Part shown: positions 11,654 through 21,422 of the stretch, one piece after another
Position numbering within the stretch: the first letter of the stretch is position 1
How the letters are laid out: every line of letters starts with the position of its first letter
DNA from: Polyangiales bacterium
Lineage (GTDB): Bacteria; Myxococcota_A; Polyangia; Polyangiales; JBDIVX01
DNA length: 64,000 nucleotides
NCBI GenBank assembly: GCA_039794305.1
Contig: JBDIVX010000011.1
Coordinates: 2,885 to 66,884 of the forward strand
Reading direction: 5' to 3'
The notes under the pieces: generated by a model
Told to the model about the DNA's origin: nothing
What the model saw: the letters and a program-made list of their open reading frames with translations, nothing else
The model's database searches: none
Translations under genes and position numbers: made by a program

Positions 11654-13699
11654 TCAGACCGGCGGCTCGTATCCGCAGACGCCGAGGTTGCACTCGAGCC
11701 CGTCGCAGCAGTCCCCGACGGTCTCGCACGGCTCGCCCGCGCGATGGCAGCTCGACGGCGGCCGGCAGGTGAGCTCGTCGGGTCGGGACGGATCGGCGGC
11801 GGCGCACTCGCCCGAGCAGCACTCGCTCGACGCAGCACAGCTCTCGCCACGGCCGCGGCACGCAGTCGGCGCCCAGAGCGCCGCGATGTCTTCCGCCTCG
11901 GTGTCCTGGCCGGGCAGCCAGTACGGCGGGTAGCTCGGGTCGGCGCCGGCCTCGGCGAGCGCGGGATCGATCGCCATCACCCAGAGCTGGCGCCGGCCCG
12001 TGCCCCTGGTGCCGGCGTGTACGTTGCCGTAGTCCTGCCGCGAGTAGAACGCGAGCCAGTAGTGGACGGTGCCGTCCTCCTCCTGCGTGGCGAACGGGGA
12101 GAACACGGGCCAGAACGCGTCCACCGGGCCCTCGCGGCCCATGCCCCGCTCGAGGCGGATCGGCTCGCCCCCCGCCGCCGGCACGAGGTACAGGCTCGCC
12201 CGCGGCCGCCGTCCGTCGTCGCCGATCGACGAGATCGACCGCGTGCCGTGCGCGAACGCGACGAAGCGAGAGTCCGGCGAGAAGGTGGGTCGCGAGTCGG
12301 TCGCCCCGCCCTCGGGCGAGATCGAGAGGTCCGCGCCGTCGTGCAGGACGCGCGACCTGAAGGTGTCTCCCGCCTCGACGTCGGCGATCACGACGCGGGT
12401 CGGCGCGATCGTGCCTTCGGGCCCGTCGCCGCCGCCCTCCATCCACGCGACGCGCGCGCCATCGGGCGACCACGCGGGGTAGCCGGCGGGACCCGACGGA
12501 AGCCCGGCGGCGTCGACCTCTGCGCCGGTCGCGCCGTCGAGGAGCGTGAGCTCGGAGTCGGTCCCCGTCAGCCCGACCGGACGGCTCGCGAGGATCCGGC
12601 CGCCGCCCGGCCGAAAGGCGAGGGAGTTGAGAGAAGGGACCAGCGGGTCGAGCAGGCTCACGGGCGACCCGCCGGCGCTCGCGGCATCCACGACGGCCGT
12701 CGACCAGGGGACGATGTTGCCGCCCAGGGTGGCTGCGAGCCGGCGGCCGTCCTGCGAGAGGGCATGGCAGCCGACGCAGCGGCCGGTGTCGGGCGAGAAG
12801 ACCGACGCCCGCTCGGAGGTCGCCGCGTCCAGGCGGTAGATGTCGCTCCGCTCGGGACGCGCGCGCACCTGCCAGTAGTAGAGCGTGCCGAACACGCCGT
12901 CCTCGCTCAGCCAGACGCGGATCGGGTTGCCTCGCACCACGCGGTCCCGGCTCGCGGGCAGGCGGTCGACCCGCAGCTCGATCTCGCCCCCGCGCGCGCT
13001 GTCGGCCAACGCCCGAAAAGCGCTCGGGTCGAGGCGGTGGCGCCAGCCGAAGCCCGCGCCGTCGTGGTGCACGAACGCGCGCACCACGACGTGTGCCGCC
13101 GAGGCCGTGACCCGGTACGCGTCGCCCACGCCGCCCACCGGGCGCCACTGCAGGTCCGGCGCGCCCACGTTGTTGGGCATGCGGGCGCCGTCGAGCGGGT
13201 AGACGAGCGACGCCGAGGTGAACGGATCGTCGACCTCGGGCGCTTCGTCGAAACCGGTGCGCACGTCGGCTGGGAGAGACGGATCGGGTGGCACCGTGAG
13301 ATCCAGGCGCACGGTGACCGTGGCGCGCGCGACGAGCACCTCGCGGGCCCCCTGGACGGTCGCGATCGCCTCGACGGTGCCTCCGGCCCGCCCGCTCGCG
13401 GTGAAGGTCCCGTCCGCGTCGATGCTGCCGAGGCCTCCATGGCTCAGGTCCCAGCGCATGGGCTCGACCTCGAACCGCTCCCCCGACAGCGACCGGGCGA
13501 ACGCCTCGAAGGTCACGGAGGGCATCGAGCCGTCGACGCTCTCGAGCGTGACCTCGGAGGGCTCGAGGACGAGCCGCAGCGCCGCGGGCTCGGCGTCCTC
13601 GGCCGGGGCGCCCGCGTCGGGATCGCCGCCGGCACCCACGGTGCAGCCGTAGAGCGTCGAGAGCAGGATCGGCAGCAGATGGGCACGCGTCGCAGGCAT
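11654..13699 (-). CDS. Lipoprotein with Ig-like domain, TolB-like beta-propeller (PD40 repeats), CxxCH motif and Cys-rich tail
   Basis: Lipobox 'LYGC'. 'PAWSPDG', 'PTFSPDS', 'WPVFSPF', 'DPSYPPYWLPGQ', 'CVGCH'. Confidence 0.8.
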   Translation of the reverse strand: MPATRAHLLPILLSTLYGCTVGAGGDPDAGAPAEDAEPAALRLVLEPSEVTLESVDGSMPSVTFEAFARSLSGERFEVEPMRWDLSHGGLGSIDADGTFTASGRAGGTVEAIATVQGAREVLVARATVTVRLDLTVPPDPSLPADVRTGFDEAPEVDDPFTSASLVYPLDGARMPNNVGAPDLQWRPVGGVGDAYRVTASAAHVVVRAFVHHDGAGFGWRHRLDPSAFRALADSARGGEIELRVDRLPASRDRVVRGNPIRVWLSEDGVFGTLYYWQVRARPERSDIYRLDAATSERASVFSPDTGRCVGCHALSQDGRRLAATLGGNIVPWSTAVVDAASAGGSPVSLLDPLVPSLNSLAFRPGGGRILASRPVGLTGTDSELTLLDGATGAEVDAAGLPSGPAGYPAWSPDGARVAWMEGGGDGPEGTIAPTRVVIADVEAGDTFRSRVLHDGADLSISPEGGATDSRPTFSPDSRFVAFAHGTRSISSIGDDGRRPRASLYLVPAAGGEPIRLERGMGREGPVDAFWPVFSPFATQEEDGTVHYWLAFYSRQDYGNVHAGTRGTGRRQLWVMAIDPALAEAGADPSYPPYWLPGQDTEAEDIAALWAPTACRGRGESCAASSECCSGECAAADPSRPDELTCRPPSSCHRAGEPCETVGDCCDGLECNLGVCGYEPPV

Positions 13700-13885
13700 T
13701 CGGTTCCCACGATTCAGTGGGGTCCAAGTGCCCTTCGCGGCTCACCGATCTCGGGGTCGGGCGAGCTCTGCTGCCCCGCGTGACCCCAAAGGCCCCAGAG
13801 GACCGGGGTCACGGCCCCCTCGAGAGACCGAATTTCGATTGAGATTCCGGTCCTCGACGGGCGCCTCTGCTATGCTCGGGGGCCG

Positions 13886-15697
13886 ATGCCGAGTTTGAAG
13901 TGGATCGTCGCCGAGGGTCGCCCTCAGGTCTTCCCGATCTACAAGAAGATCACCTCGATCGGGCGCGCCGGCGGCAACGACGTGCCGATCGAGACGAAGA
14001 GCCTCCTCGACTACCACGCCCAGATCACGTTCGACGGGCGTGACTTCAAGGTGGACGGGCGGGGCGACATCCAGATCAACGGAAAGAAGAAGCGCGCCGG
14101 GAAGATCTTCCACAACGACCGGCTCACGCTCGGCGGCGACGTGGAGCTGGTGTTCAGCGTCTACGACGAGACCACGGGCGTGCAGCTCGAGGGCGAGGAG
14201 CCCTCGCCGAGCGCCGAGCTCGAGGGTATGCGGAGGCTCGCCGAGTTCAGCCAGCGGCTGAACGGGCTCGGCACCGTCCAGGAGCAGCTCGAGGCCCTGG
14301 TCGACGCGGTCGTCGAGGTGACGAACGCGGACAAGGGCTTCGTGATCCTCATCGAGAACGGCGACCCCAAGGTCACCGTTGCCCGGAACCTGCAGCAGAA
14401 GAGCCTCTCGGACGGCATCCGGCACCTGTCGGACAGCATCATCGCGAAGGTGATCGACACGCGGAAGCCGCTCATCGTGAGCGACGCCTTCCACGACAGC
14501 ATGTTCCGGGGCTCCGAGAGCGTGATGAACCTCAAGCTCTGCTCGGTCATGTGCGCGCCGCTGATCGCGCAGGGGCAGCTCCTCGGGATCATCTACGTCG
14601 GCAACGACAACGTCGTGAACCTGTTCGAGGAGTCGAGCCTCGACGTCCTCACCGTCTTCGCGACTCAGGGCGCGCTCATCCTGCAGAACGCCCTGCTCCG
14701 GGACGAGCTCCGCACCGACCGCGACGCGCTCGCCGAGAAGCTCGAGAGCAAGCGCTTCGGCGACATCATCGGGACCAACCCGGCCCTCATCGAGGTCTTC
14801 AAGAAGGTCGAGAAGGTCGCGGGCACGGACATCAGCGTGCTCATCACCGGCGAGACCGGGACCGGCAAGGAGCTCATCGCCAGCGAGATCCACCGGCGCT
14901 CGAACCGGGCCAAGGGCGCGTTCGTGGTCGTCAACTGCGGCGCCATCCCCGAGAACCTGATGGAGTCGGAGCTGTTCGGGCACGTACGCGGCGCCTTCAC
15001 GGGCGCGGTCGCGACGAGGCAGGGCAAGTTCCAGGCGGCCGACGGCGGGACGCTGTTCCTCGACGAGATCGGCGAGCTGCCGCTCCAGCTCCAGGTGAAG
15101 CTCCTGCGTGCGCTGCAGGAGAAGGTCGTCATGAAAGTCGGCGACACCAAGCCGGAGTCGGTGGACATCCGGGTGGTGGCCGCGACCAACCGCGATCTCG
15201 AGGAGGAGATCAAGCAGGGGTCGTTCCGCGAGGACCTCTTCTACCGGCTCAACGTCGTGAACCTGCACCTGCCGCCGCTCCGGGAGCGCGGGGACGACGT
15301 GGTCGTCATCGCCAAGTACCTGCTCCAGAAGTACGCCGAGGAGTACGGCGTCAAGGTCAAGGGCTTCACGCCGAACGCGCTCATCGCGATGCGCAAGTAC
15401 GACTGGCCCGGCAACGTGCGCCAGCTCGAGAACCGCATCAAAAAGGCGCTCGTCCTGTGCGACAAGACGCTCGTCGGCCCCGAGGATCTGGACCTCTTCC
15501 CGGAGGCGCTCCAACCGGTCGCGCCGCTCGGCGAGGCGCGCGAGGAGTTCACCCGGCGCTATATCCTCGAGGTCCTCGACCGCAACGGCGGAAACCGCAC
15601 CAAGACGGCGCGCGACCTCGGCGTCGATCCGCGGACCATCTTCCGCTACCTCGAGCGTGAGCCGGACGCACCGGACCCCGGCGGCGGCGCCGGGTAG
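13886..15697 (+). CDS. Sigma-54-dependent enhancer-binding protein (FHA-GAF-AAA+-Fis HTH)
   Basis: N-terminal FHA-like 'SIGRAGGND', GAF 'SVMCAPL...LLGIIYV', 'GETGTGKE', 'GAFTGA', 'LFLDEIGE', 'WPGNVRQL', HTH 'NRTKTARDLGV'. Confidence 0.95.
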   Translation: MPSLKWIVAEGRPQVFPIYKKITSIGRAGGNDVPIETKSLLDYHAQITFDGRDFKVDGRGDIQINGKKKRAGKIFHNDRLTLGGDVELVFSVYDETTGVQLEGEEPSPSAELEGMRRLAEFSQRLNGLGTVQEQLEALVDAVVEVTNADKGFVILIENGDPKVTVARNLQQKSLSDGIRHLSDSIIAKVIDTRKPLIVSDAFHDSMFRGSESVMNLKLCSVMCAPLIAQGQLLGIIYVGNDNVVNLFEESSLDVLTVFATQGALILQNALLRDELRTDRDALAEKLESKRFGDIIGTNPALIEVFKKVEKVAGTDISVLITGETGTGKELIASEIHRRSNRAKGAFVVVNCGAIPENLMESELFGHVRGAFTGAVATRQGKFQAADGGTLFLDEIGELPLQLQVKLLRALQEKVVMKVGDTKPESVDIRVVAATNRDLEEEIKQGSFREDLFYRLNVVNLHLPPLRERGDDVVVIAKYLLQKYAEEYGVKVKGFTPNALIAMRKYDWPGNVRQLENRIKKALVLCDKTLVGPEDLDLFPEALQPVAPLGEAREEFTRRYILEVLDRNGGNRTKTARDLGVDPRTIFRYLEREPDAPDPGGGAG

Positions 15698-15840
15698 CCG
15701 GCGATCTGACAGTCGGGTCCACCTGTGGGTAGACTGCGGCGAGCCTGACAGGAATGTCGTGGATCGGTCCCGCGACGCGCCTGGCACGTCCGACGAATTC
15801 GAGGAATTGTGGGCAGATGAGCCGCTCCAGGCAGCGTGGC

Positions 15841-16383
15841 ATGTGGGTTGCTCCGGCGTGGGGAGTGCGCGCGATCGGCGCCGCCTGTCTGTTGCTGATG
15901 GGATGCCTGGTCACCGATGAGATCGAGATCCCGGAGGAGCCGTTCTGCCCTCCCTCGATCGTGAGCCCACCCGCCGCGGACAACCCGCTCGACGAGATCG
16001 TGCGCGTGAACCTCGGCGCGGGCGAGGTCGACGCCGGTACGCCCGAGGAGACCTTCGAGGTGACCGTCCGCGACTGCAACCACGGTGAGACGCTGACGGC
16101 GCACGTCTTCCTCGACGCCCGCCCCGACTTCGGAGTTCCGGGCTTGGTGGACATCGAGCCCATCGAACCGACCGGCGGGCTCGAGCGCACGTACGAGTTC
16201 CGCATCGGCCACAACCAGTTCGTGGCGCTCGGGGGCGCCACGTGCCACAAGGTCGAGCTGCTCGTCTCGGGCGAATTCTCGGGCCTGCGCGAGCCCGAAC
16301 GCCCGGGCGACATCGCCACCGCCGTGTGGTGGGCCTCGGTCACCGACGACGGCAACGAGCCGAGCCTCGCGAGCTGTCCATGA
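15841..16383 (+). CDS. Hypothetical lipoprotein
   Basis: Lipobox 'LLMGC', beta-rich body, ATGA overlap with the next gene. Confidence 0.65.
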   Translation: MWVAPAWGVRAIGAACLLLMGCLVTDEIEIPEEPFCPPSIVSPPAADNPLDEIVRVNLGAGEVDAGTPEETFEVTVRDCNHGETLTAHVFLDARPDFGVPGLVDIEPIEPTGGLERTYEFRIGHNQFVALGGATCHKVELLVSGEFSGLREPERPGDIATAVWWASVTDDGNEPSLASCP

Positions 16384-18098
16384 GCGCCTCCCGTCTCGAG
16401 ATGCGCGCGCTGATCGCGGGGCTGTTGGCCCTGGCGGGGGCGTGCAGCTTCTCCGAGCCCGAGGCCGAGCTCGTCGAGAACCGCTGCAGCGCGGACGCGG
16501 ACTGCGGGGGCGCCATCTGCGACCGCGCGGTCGGGATGTGCGTGACGCCCAGCACGCCGACCCTGCGCCTCGCCGTCGAGGTGACGCCCGCCAGCGATCC
16601 GACCGGCGGGACGCCGACGACGCGGGTCCTCGGCCCGTTCGAGATCGAGGGGCCGGGCCAGCAGGACCTGACCCTCGCACCGTCGATCAACGTCATCGGA
16701 GACGTGCGCTGGGCGGGCCTCGACGAGGCCATCCAGGCCACGGTCCGCTTCACGCGCAGGCCCGAGATCGAGGCCGCGCCGCGCGTCACCAAGGAGACCA
16801 CCACGGTGCCGGTCCCGGTCGAGGCCGCCGACGGCATGCCGGCCGACTACGCCGTTCGGGTGCTCGCGGACCGCGAATACGACATCGTCGTCGAGCCGAC
16901 CGGCGAGCACGCGGCGCTGCTCCCACCGCTGCGCCTCTCCCGGCCCGTCCCCGGGGGCGGTGACTTCGTGCGGATCCCGCTCACGTACCCGGATACGTTC
17001 CCCGCGCTGCGCGGGGTCGTCGTCGGGCCGGACGAGGAGGCCGTCTCCGGGCTCCAGGTCCAGGCCGTGGAAGTGGAGAGCGGCCGGGTCGTCTCCTCGA
17101 CGGCGGTCACCGCGCCGGCGTCGAGCGAGACGCCGGGCGAGTTCGAGGTGCACCTCGACCCGGGCGCGGCCTCCTTCGTGCTGCGCATCAGCGGCGGCCC
17201 GGACGAGCCGCTGTACCCGACGCTGCTCGCCGACCCCGCCTATTTCTTCCCGGACGAGACGGGATACGCCCGCATCCTCGTCCCCATGCTGTCGCGGATC
17301 ACCTACCGCGGCCGCGTCACGCCGAAGGACGACGCGACCGGCGTCCCGAACGCGGTGCTCGCCTTCCGCTCGGTGGACGTGTACGACGACACGACCGGCG
17401 TCACCAGCAGCTTCCGGACGACGGTCACCACGGGGCCGTCGGGGACGTTCGAGGCCGAGATCTACCCGGGCACCTACGACATCGTCGTCACCCCGCCCCC
17501 CGAGATGCGGGACGCGTCGGGGGACGAGCCGGTCGCCTCGACCCTGGGCGTCCTGTTCGAGACGCTGCGCATCCTGCCCCCGGCCATGGGCGACGAGCTG
17601 GTCGGGCAGACCTTCGAGCTGCCGCAGCGCGCCAGGCTCGGGGGCACGGTGCAGACCTCCGACGGCCGGCAGGTCCCGGGCACGACCGTACAGGCGGTCG
17701 CCCTGAACCGCCCGGGCGAGGTGCCGGCTGCGCCCTACAACCGGTCGAGCGACGCGGTCACCGACGCGACCGGTCAGTTCACGCTGCCGCTCGACCTCGG
17801 CAGCTACGACGTCACGGTCAAGCCGCCCGCCGAGAGCGGCTTCCCTTGGCGCATCGCGCCGGCCATGAGCTTCGGGTCGAGCACCGTCATCCAGAACACC
17901 TTCGAGATCGAGGCGCCCGTCCCGCTGAGCGGCACCGTGATCGGGCCCGGCGACGAGGCCCCGGCCCTCGCGGGAGCCGAGATCCGGGCGTGGGTGATCT
18001 TCGAGGAGGACGGCGGCGCGGTGAGGGCCCTCCCGGTCGCGCGCACCACGAGCCGCGAGGACGGCAGCTACACGCTGCTACTCCCATCCCGCTTCTGA
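16380..18098 (+). CDS. Lipoprotein with Cys-rich motif and repeated carboxypeptidase-regulatory-like beta-sandwich domains
   Basis: Lipobox 'LAGAC', 'CSADADCGGAIC', repeats 'TD..GQFTL.L..GSYDVTVKPP' and 'T..SGTF...IYPGTYDIVVTPP'. Confidence 0.75.
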   Translation: MSASRLEMRALIAGLLALAGACSFSEPEAELVENRCSADADCGGAICDRAVGMCVTPSTPTLRLAVEVTPASDPTGGTPTTRVLGPFEIEGPGQQDLTLAPSINVIGDVRWAGLDEAIQATVRFTRRPEIEAAPRVTKETTTVPVPVEAADGMPADYAVRVLADREYDIVVEPTGEHAALLPPLRLSRPVPGGGDFVRIPLTYPDTFPALRGVVVGPDEEAVSGLQVQAVEVESGRVVSSTAVTAPASSETPGEFEVHLDPGAASFVLRISGGPDEPLYPTLLADPAYFFPDETGYARILVPMLSRITYRGRVTPKDDATGVPNAVLAFRSVDVYDDTTGVTSSFRTTVTTGPSGTFEAEIYPGTYDIVVTPPPEMRDASGDEPVASTLGVLFETLRILPPAMGDELVGQTFELPQRARLGGTVQTSDGRQVPGTTVQAVALNRPGEVPAAPYNRSSDAVTDATGQFTLPLDLGSYDVTVKPPAESGFPWRIAPAMSFGSSTVIQNTFEIEAPVPLSGTVIGPGDEAPALAGAEIRAWVIFEEDGGAVRALPVARTTSREDGSYTLLLPSRF

Positions 18099-19615
18099 CG
18101 CCAGAACGCCAGGATCAGGATGCCGGCGAGGGCCAGGTAGCCGGGCCAGTTGCCGAGCGTCCGGTAGACCGTCCCGCCGTCCATCATGCGGATCTCCGCG
18201 TGCAGGTTGCCACGGTCGAAGACGCCGATCTCGCCGACCACGCGGCCCACCGGATCGACGATGGCGCTCACGCCGCTGTTGGTCGAGCGCACCAGGTACT
18301 TGTGGTGCTCGACCGCGCGCAGCTTGGCGAGCGCGAGGTGCTGCCACGGCTCGCTCGTGTCGCCGAACCACGCATCGTTCGTCATGTTCACGAGCAGGTG
18401 TGGGTCGCCCTCGACGACCGCCCGCCGTACGAACGACGGGAGGATGTCCTCGTAGCAGACGAGGGCGGCGATCCGGTAGCCGTCGAGCTCGAGCGGGCGG
18501 ACGTGGTCGCCCGGCGTGAAGCGCCCGCTCCGGGGCGACCAGTCGTAGAGCACCGGGAACACGTCGCCGAAGGGCAGGTACTCGCCGAAGGCGAGCAGGT
18601 AGGTCTTGTCGTAGGTGCCGCGGACGTTCCCCTCGCCGTCGACCAGGAACGCCGTGTTGTAGTGACGTTCCTCGCCGCCCACGCGCCGGCGCGCGAGCCC
18701 GCCGAAGAGGAGCGGCGTCGTGACCGGCCCCGTCACCCAGCGTCGCACGTTGGTCTCGCCCTCGGGCAGGAAGTAGGTGAACGCCGACTCGGGCCACACC
18801 ACGAGGTCGGGCTGCGCCTCGGCTTCGAGCTCGAGGGTCTGCTCCACGTGGCGGCGCCGGCCCTCGTCCGGATCCTCGCGCTTGGCGAAGATCCCCATGT
18901 TCGTCTGCACGAGCCCCACCGTGAACGACGGCGACTCGGCCGCGAGCGCGTCCACCTGCGGCACCCGGACCGCTCCGTACGCGACGGTCGCCACGAGCGC
19001 GAAGCCCGCGACGGCCGGTCGCACCCAGGCCACGCGCTCCTTGCGCACGAGCGCGCGGCCGACCTCGTAGAGCGCGGCGTTCACCGCGACGGCGATCATG
19101 GTGAGCAGGATGGGCCCCCCCAGGTCGACCACCTGGACGAGCGCGGGCACGTCGTGGAAGTGCGCCGCGTAGTAGCTCTCGAAGAGCAGAGGGTAGACGA
19201 GCTCTGCGGCCCCGAAGGCGAGCGGCGCGACGAGCACCGGCCAGAACCCGCGACCGCGGGCCCGGAAGTAGAGCCACGCGAAGAGCGCGAGGAGCCCGCC
19301 CTGGTACGCACACAGGATCGACGCGAAGAGGATGCACAACGGGAGCGGGAAGCCGCTGAAGTCCTGGAGCATCCCGACGAGCCAGTAGTAGCCGCCCAGG
19401 TTCGTGACGAGCCCGAACACGATCCCGATCAGGATCACGCGCCGCGTCGTGTGGCGCGGCTCCACGTCGAGCGCCGCGAAGAGCGGGATCAGCGCCACGA
19501 ACGCGAGCGGCCAGACGTCGATGCCCGGGAAGGCGACGAAGTAGAGGACGCCGGACAGCGTGGCGAGCCCGAGCGAGAGCAGAAGAGATCGGCGGGCCGA
19601 GGCACGCTCGGCCAC
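18068..19615 (-). CDS. lnt: Apolipoprotein N-acyltransferase
   Basis: TM N-terminus. Nitrilase triad motifs 'VWPESA', 'YDKTYLLAFGEY', 'LVCYED', plus 'NDAWFG' and 'RSTNSGVS'. GTG start after GAGGAG chosen. Confidence 0.95.
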   Translation of the reverse strand: MAERASARRSLLLSLGLATLSGVLYFVAFPGIDVWPLAFVALIPLFAALDVEPRHTTRRVILIGIVFGLVTNLGGYYWLVGMLQDFSGFPLPLCILFASILCAYQGGLLALFAWLYFRARGRGFWPVLVAPLAFGAAELVYPLLFESYYAAHFHDVPALVQVVDLGGPILLTMIAVAVNAALYEVGRALVRKERVAWVRPAVAGFALVATVAYGAVRVPQVDALAAESPSFTVGLVQTNMGIFAKREDPDEGRRRHVEQTLELEAEAQPDLVVWPESAFTYFLPEGETNVRRWVTGPVTTPLLFGGLARRRVGGEERHYNTAFLVDGEGNVRGTYDKTYLLAFGEYLPFGDVFPVLYDWSPRSGRFTPGDHVRPLELDGYRIAALVCYEDILPSFVRRAVVEGDPHLLVNMTNDAWFGDTSEPWQHLALAKLRAVEHHKYLVRSTNSGVSAIVDPVGRVVGEIGVFDRGNLHAEIRMMDGGTVYRTLGNWPGYLALAGILILAFWRQKRDGSSSV

Positions 19616-19661
19616 CGGCTCCTCGGGCTTCGCCCGATCGGGGCCCTTCCGCTTGCGCCGC

Positions 19662-20054
19662 TCAGATGCCGAGCGCCCTCTTAACCTTCTCAAGGAGCTC
19701 CTGCTGCTTGAAGGGTTTGGTGACGTAGTGTCGGGCGCCGGCGTTGATGCCGGCGATGACGTCCTTCGGTGTGTTCTTCGCGGTCAGCATCAGGACGGGG
19801 ATGCGCGCGAGCCGCGGGTGGCTCTTCATCCGCTTCGACAGGGTGAGGCCGTCCATCTCGGGCATCATCAGATCGGTCACGACCAGATCGAAGCTCGGGT
19901 CCCTCTCGAGGTGCGAGAGCGCCTCGACGCCGTCCGCGGCCGGTACGACCTGGCCCAGTGAGACCAGCATGTGCTGGAGCATGCGCCGGACGTCCGCGTC
20001 GTCCTCCACGACGAGGATCCGCTTGGGCACCGCGCTGTGCGGGACGGGGCTCAC
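19662..20054 (-). CDS. Single-domain response regulator receiver protein
   Basis: 'RILVVEDD', phosphoacceptor 'VVTDLMMPEMDG', 'MLTA', 'YVTKPF'. Confidence 0.92.
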   Translation of the reverse strand: MSPVPHSAVPKRILVVEDDADVRRMLQHMLVSLGQVVPAADGVEALSHLERDPSFDLVVTDLMMPEMDGLTLSKRMKSHPRLARIPVLMLTAKNTPKDVIAGINAGARHYVTKPFKQQELLEKVKRALGI

Positions 20055-20061
20055 CGTCGGG

Positions 20062-21381
20062 TCATGTAGCAGGCTCGGCGCCGGCGAGCACCTCCTCGAC
20101 GGATGCGTGGAGCACGTCGCAGAGCTGCCCGAGCTCGGCGGTGGGGACGGTGAGCGGCGGGCAGAGGTAGACCGTGTTGCCGAGCGGGCGCACGTACGCG
20201 CCCCGGCGGCGGGCCGCCTCGTGGACGCGCCAGCCCACCGGGCCGAAGTACCCGGGCTCGCCGAGATCGACGGCGCCGACCATCCCGACCGCCCGCGGGC
20301 GGCGGACGCCGGGGATCGCCGCCATCCGCTCGAACGCGCTCCGGAGCACGGGGGCCTTGTCGCGGACCTGCCCGAGGACGTCCTCGTCGCGGTAGATGGC
20401 GAGCACCTCGCGGGCCACCGCGGCGCCGAGCGGGTTTCCGCAGAAGGTGTGGCCGTGCATGAGCGCCCGGTCCTTGCCGCCCCGGAACCCGTCGTAGACG
20501 CGCGCGGTCGCGAGCGTGGCGGCGAAGGGGAGCACGCCCCCCGACAGGCCCTTGGCGGTGCACAGCAGGTCGGGGGCGACGCCGGCGTGCGCGCAGGCCC
20601 ACATCGGGCCGGTCCGCCCGAAGCCGCTGAAGACCTCGTCGGCGATGAGGAACGTGTCCGCCCGCCGCGTCGCGTCGCGCAACCGGCCGAGCAGCTCGGC
20701 GGGCCACACGCGCATCCCCGCGGCGCCCTGGACCACGGGCTCGACGAGGACCCCGGCGATCTCGTCCGCGCGGTCCCGCAGCATCGCCTCGATCCGCTCG
20801 ACCGCGCGCTCCCAGCCGCGGTCACCGTCACCAGGGTCGGGCGGGCGCAGGACGTCGAAGAGCAGTGGACCGAAGGCCGCGCAGAGCTCCTCCACGCCGC
20901 CCACGCTCACTGCGCCGAGCGTGTCCCCGTGGAACGCGCCCGCGAGCGCGACGAAGCGCGTCCGCTCGGGGCGGCCGTTCTGTCGCCAGTGCTGGAACGC
21001 CATCTTCAGCGCGACCTCGACGGCCGTCGATCCGTCGTCGCTGTAGAACACGCGCTCGAGCCCCGCCGGCGCGACCGCCACCAGCTCCTCGGCGAGCAGC
21101 GCCGCCTGCTCGTGCGTGGTGCCCGCCATCGAGCAGTGGAAGAGCGTCTCGGCCTGCCGCGCGACCACCTGCCGGAGCCGCGGGTGCCGATGGCCCACGT
21201 TGCACGTCCACCAGGACGCGTTCCCGTCCAGGTAGCGGCGGCCGTCCGCGTCGATCAGCCACGCACCCTCGGCGCTCGCGATCACGAACGGGTCCATCCG
21301 CTCGTGGTCCTCACTCGACGTGTACGGCCGCCAGACGTGGCGCCGGTCGAGCTCCACGATCCTCTCGCGGGTCGTCACCAT
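20062..21381 (-). CDS. bioA: Adenosylmethionine-8-amino-7-oxononanoate aminotransferase
   Basis: 'HVWRPYT', 'SWW', 'DDGSTAVEVALKMA', 'FHGDT', 'DEVFSGFGRTG', 'AKGLSGG', 'HGHTFCGNPL'. Confidence 0.93.
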   Translation of the reverse strand: MVTTRERIVELDRRHVWRPYTSSEDHERMDPFVIASAEGAWLIDADGRRYLDGNASWWTCNVGHRHPRLRQVVARQAETLFHCSMAGTTHEQAALLAEELVAVAPAGLERVFYSDDGSTAVEVALKMAFQHWRQNGRPERTRFVALAGAFHGDTLGAVSVGGVEELCAAFGPLLFDVLRPPDPGDGDRGWERAVERIEAMLRDRADEIAGVLVEPVVQGAAGMRVWPAELLGRLRDATRRADTFLIADEVFSGFGRTGPMWACAHAGVAPDLLCTAKGLSGGVLPFAATLATARVYDGFRGGKDRALMHGHTFCGNPLGAAVAREVLAIYRDEDVLGQVRDKAPVLRSAFERMAAIPGVRRPRAVGMVGAVDLGEPGYFGPVGWRVHEAARRRGAYVRPLGNTVYLCPPLTVPTAELGQLCDVLHASVEEVLAGAEPAT

Positions 21382-21422
21382 GGCCGGGAGTCTTGCACCG
21401 GGGAGGCGCCCCGGCGCAACCG

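Noticed and set aside
15782-15798. Sigma-54 promoter (TGGCACG) upstream of the lipoprotein pair
   Set aside because: The -12 GC is missing at the required GG-N10-GC spacing.
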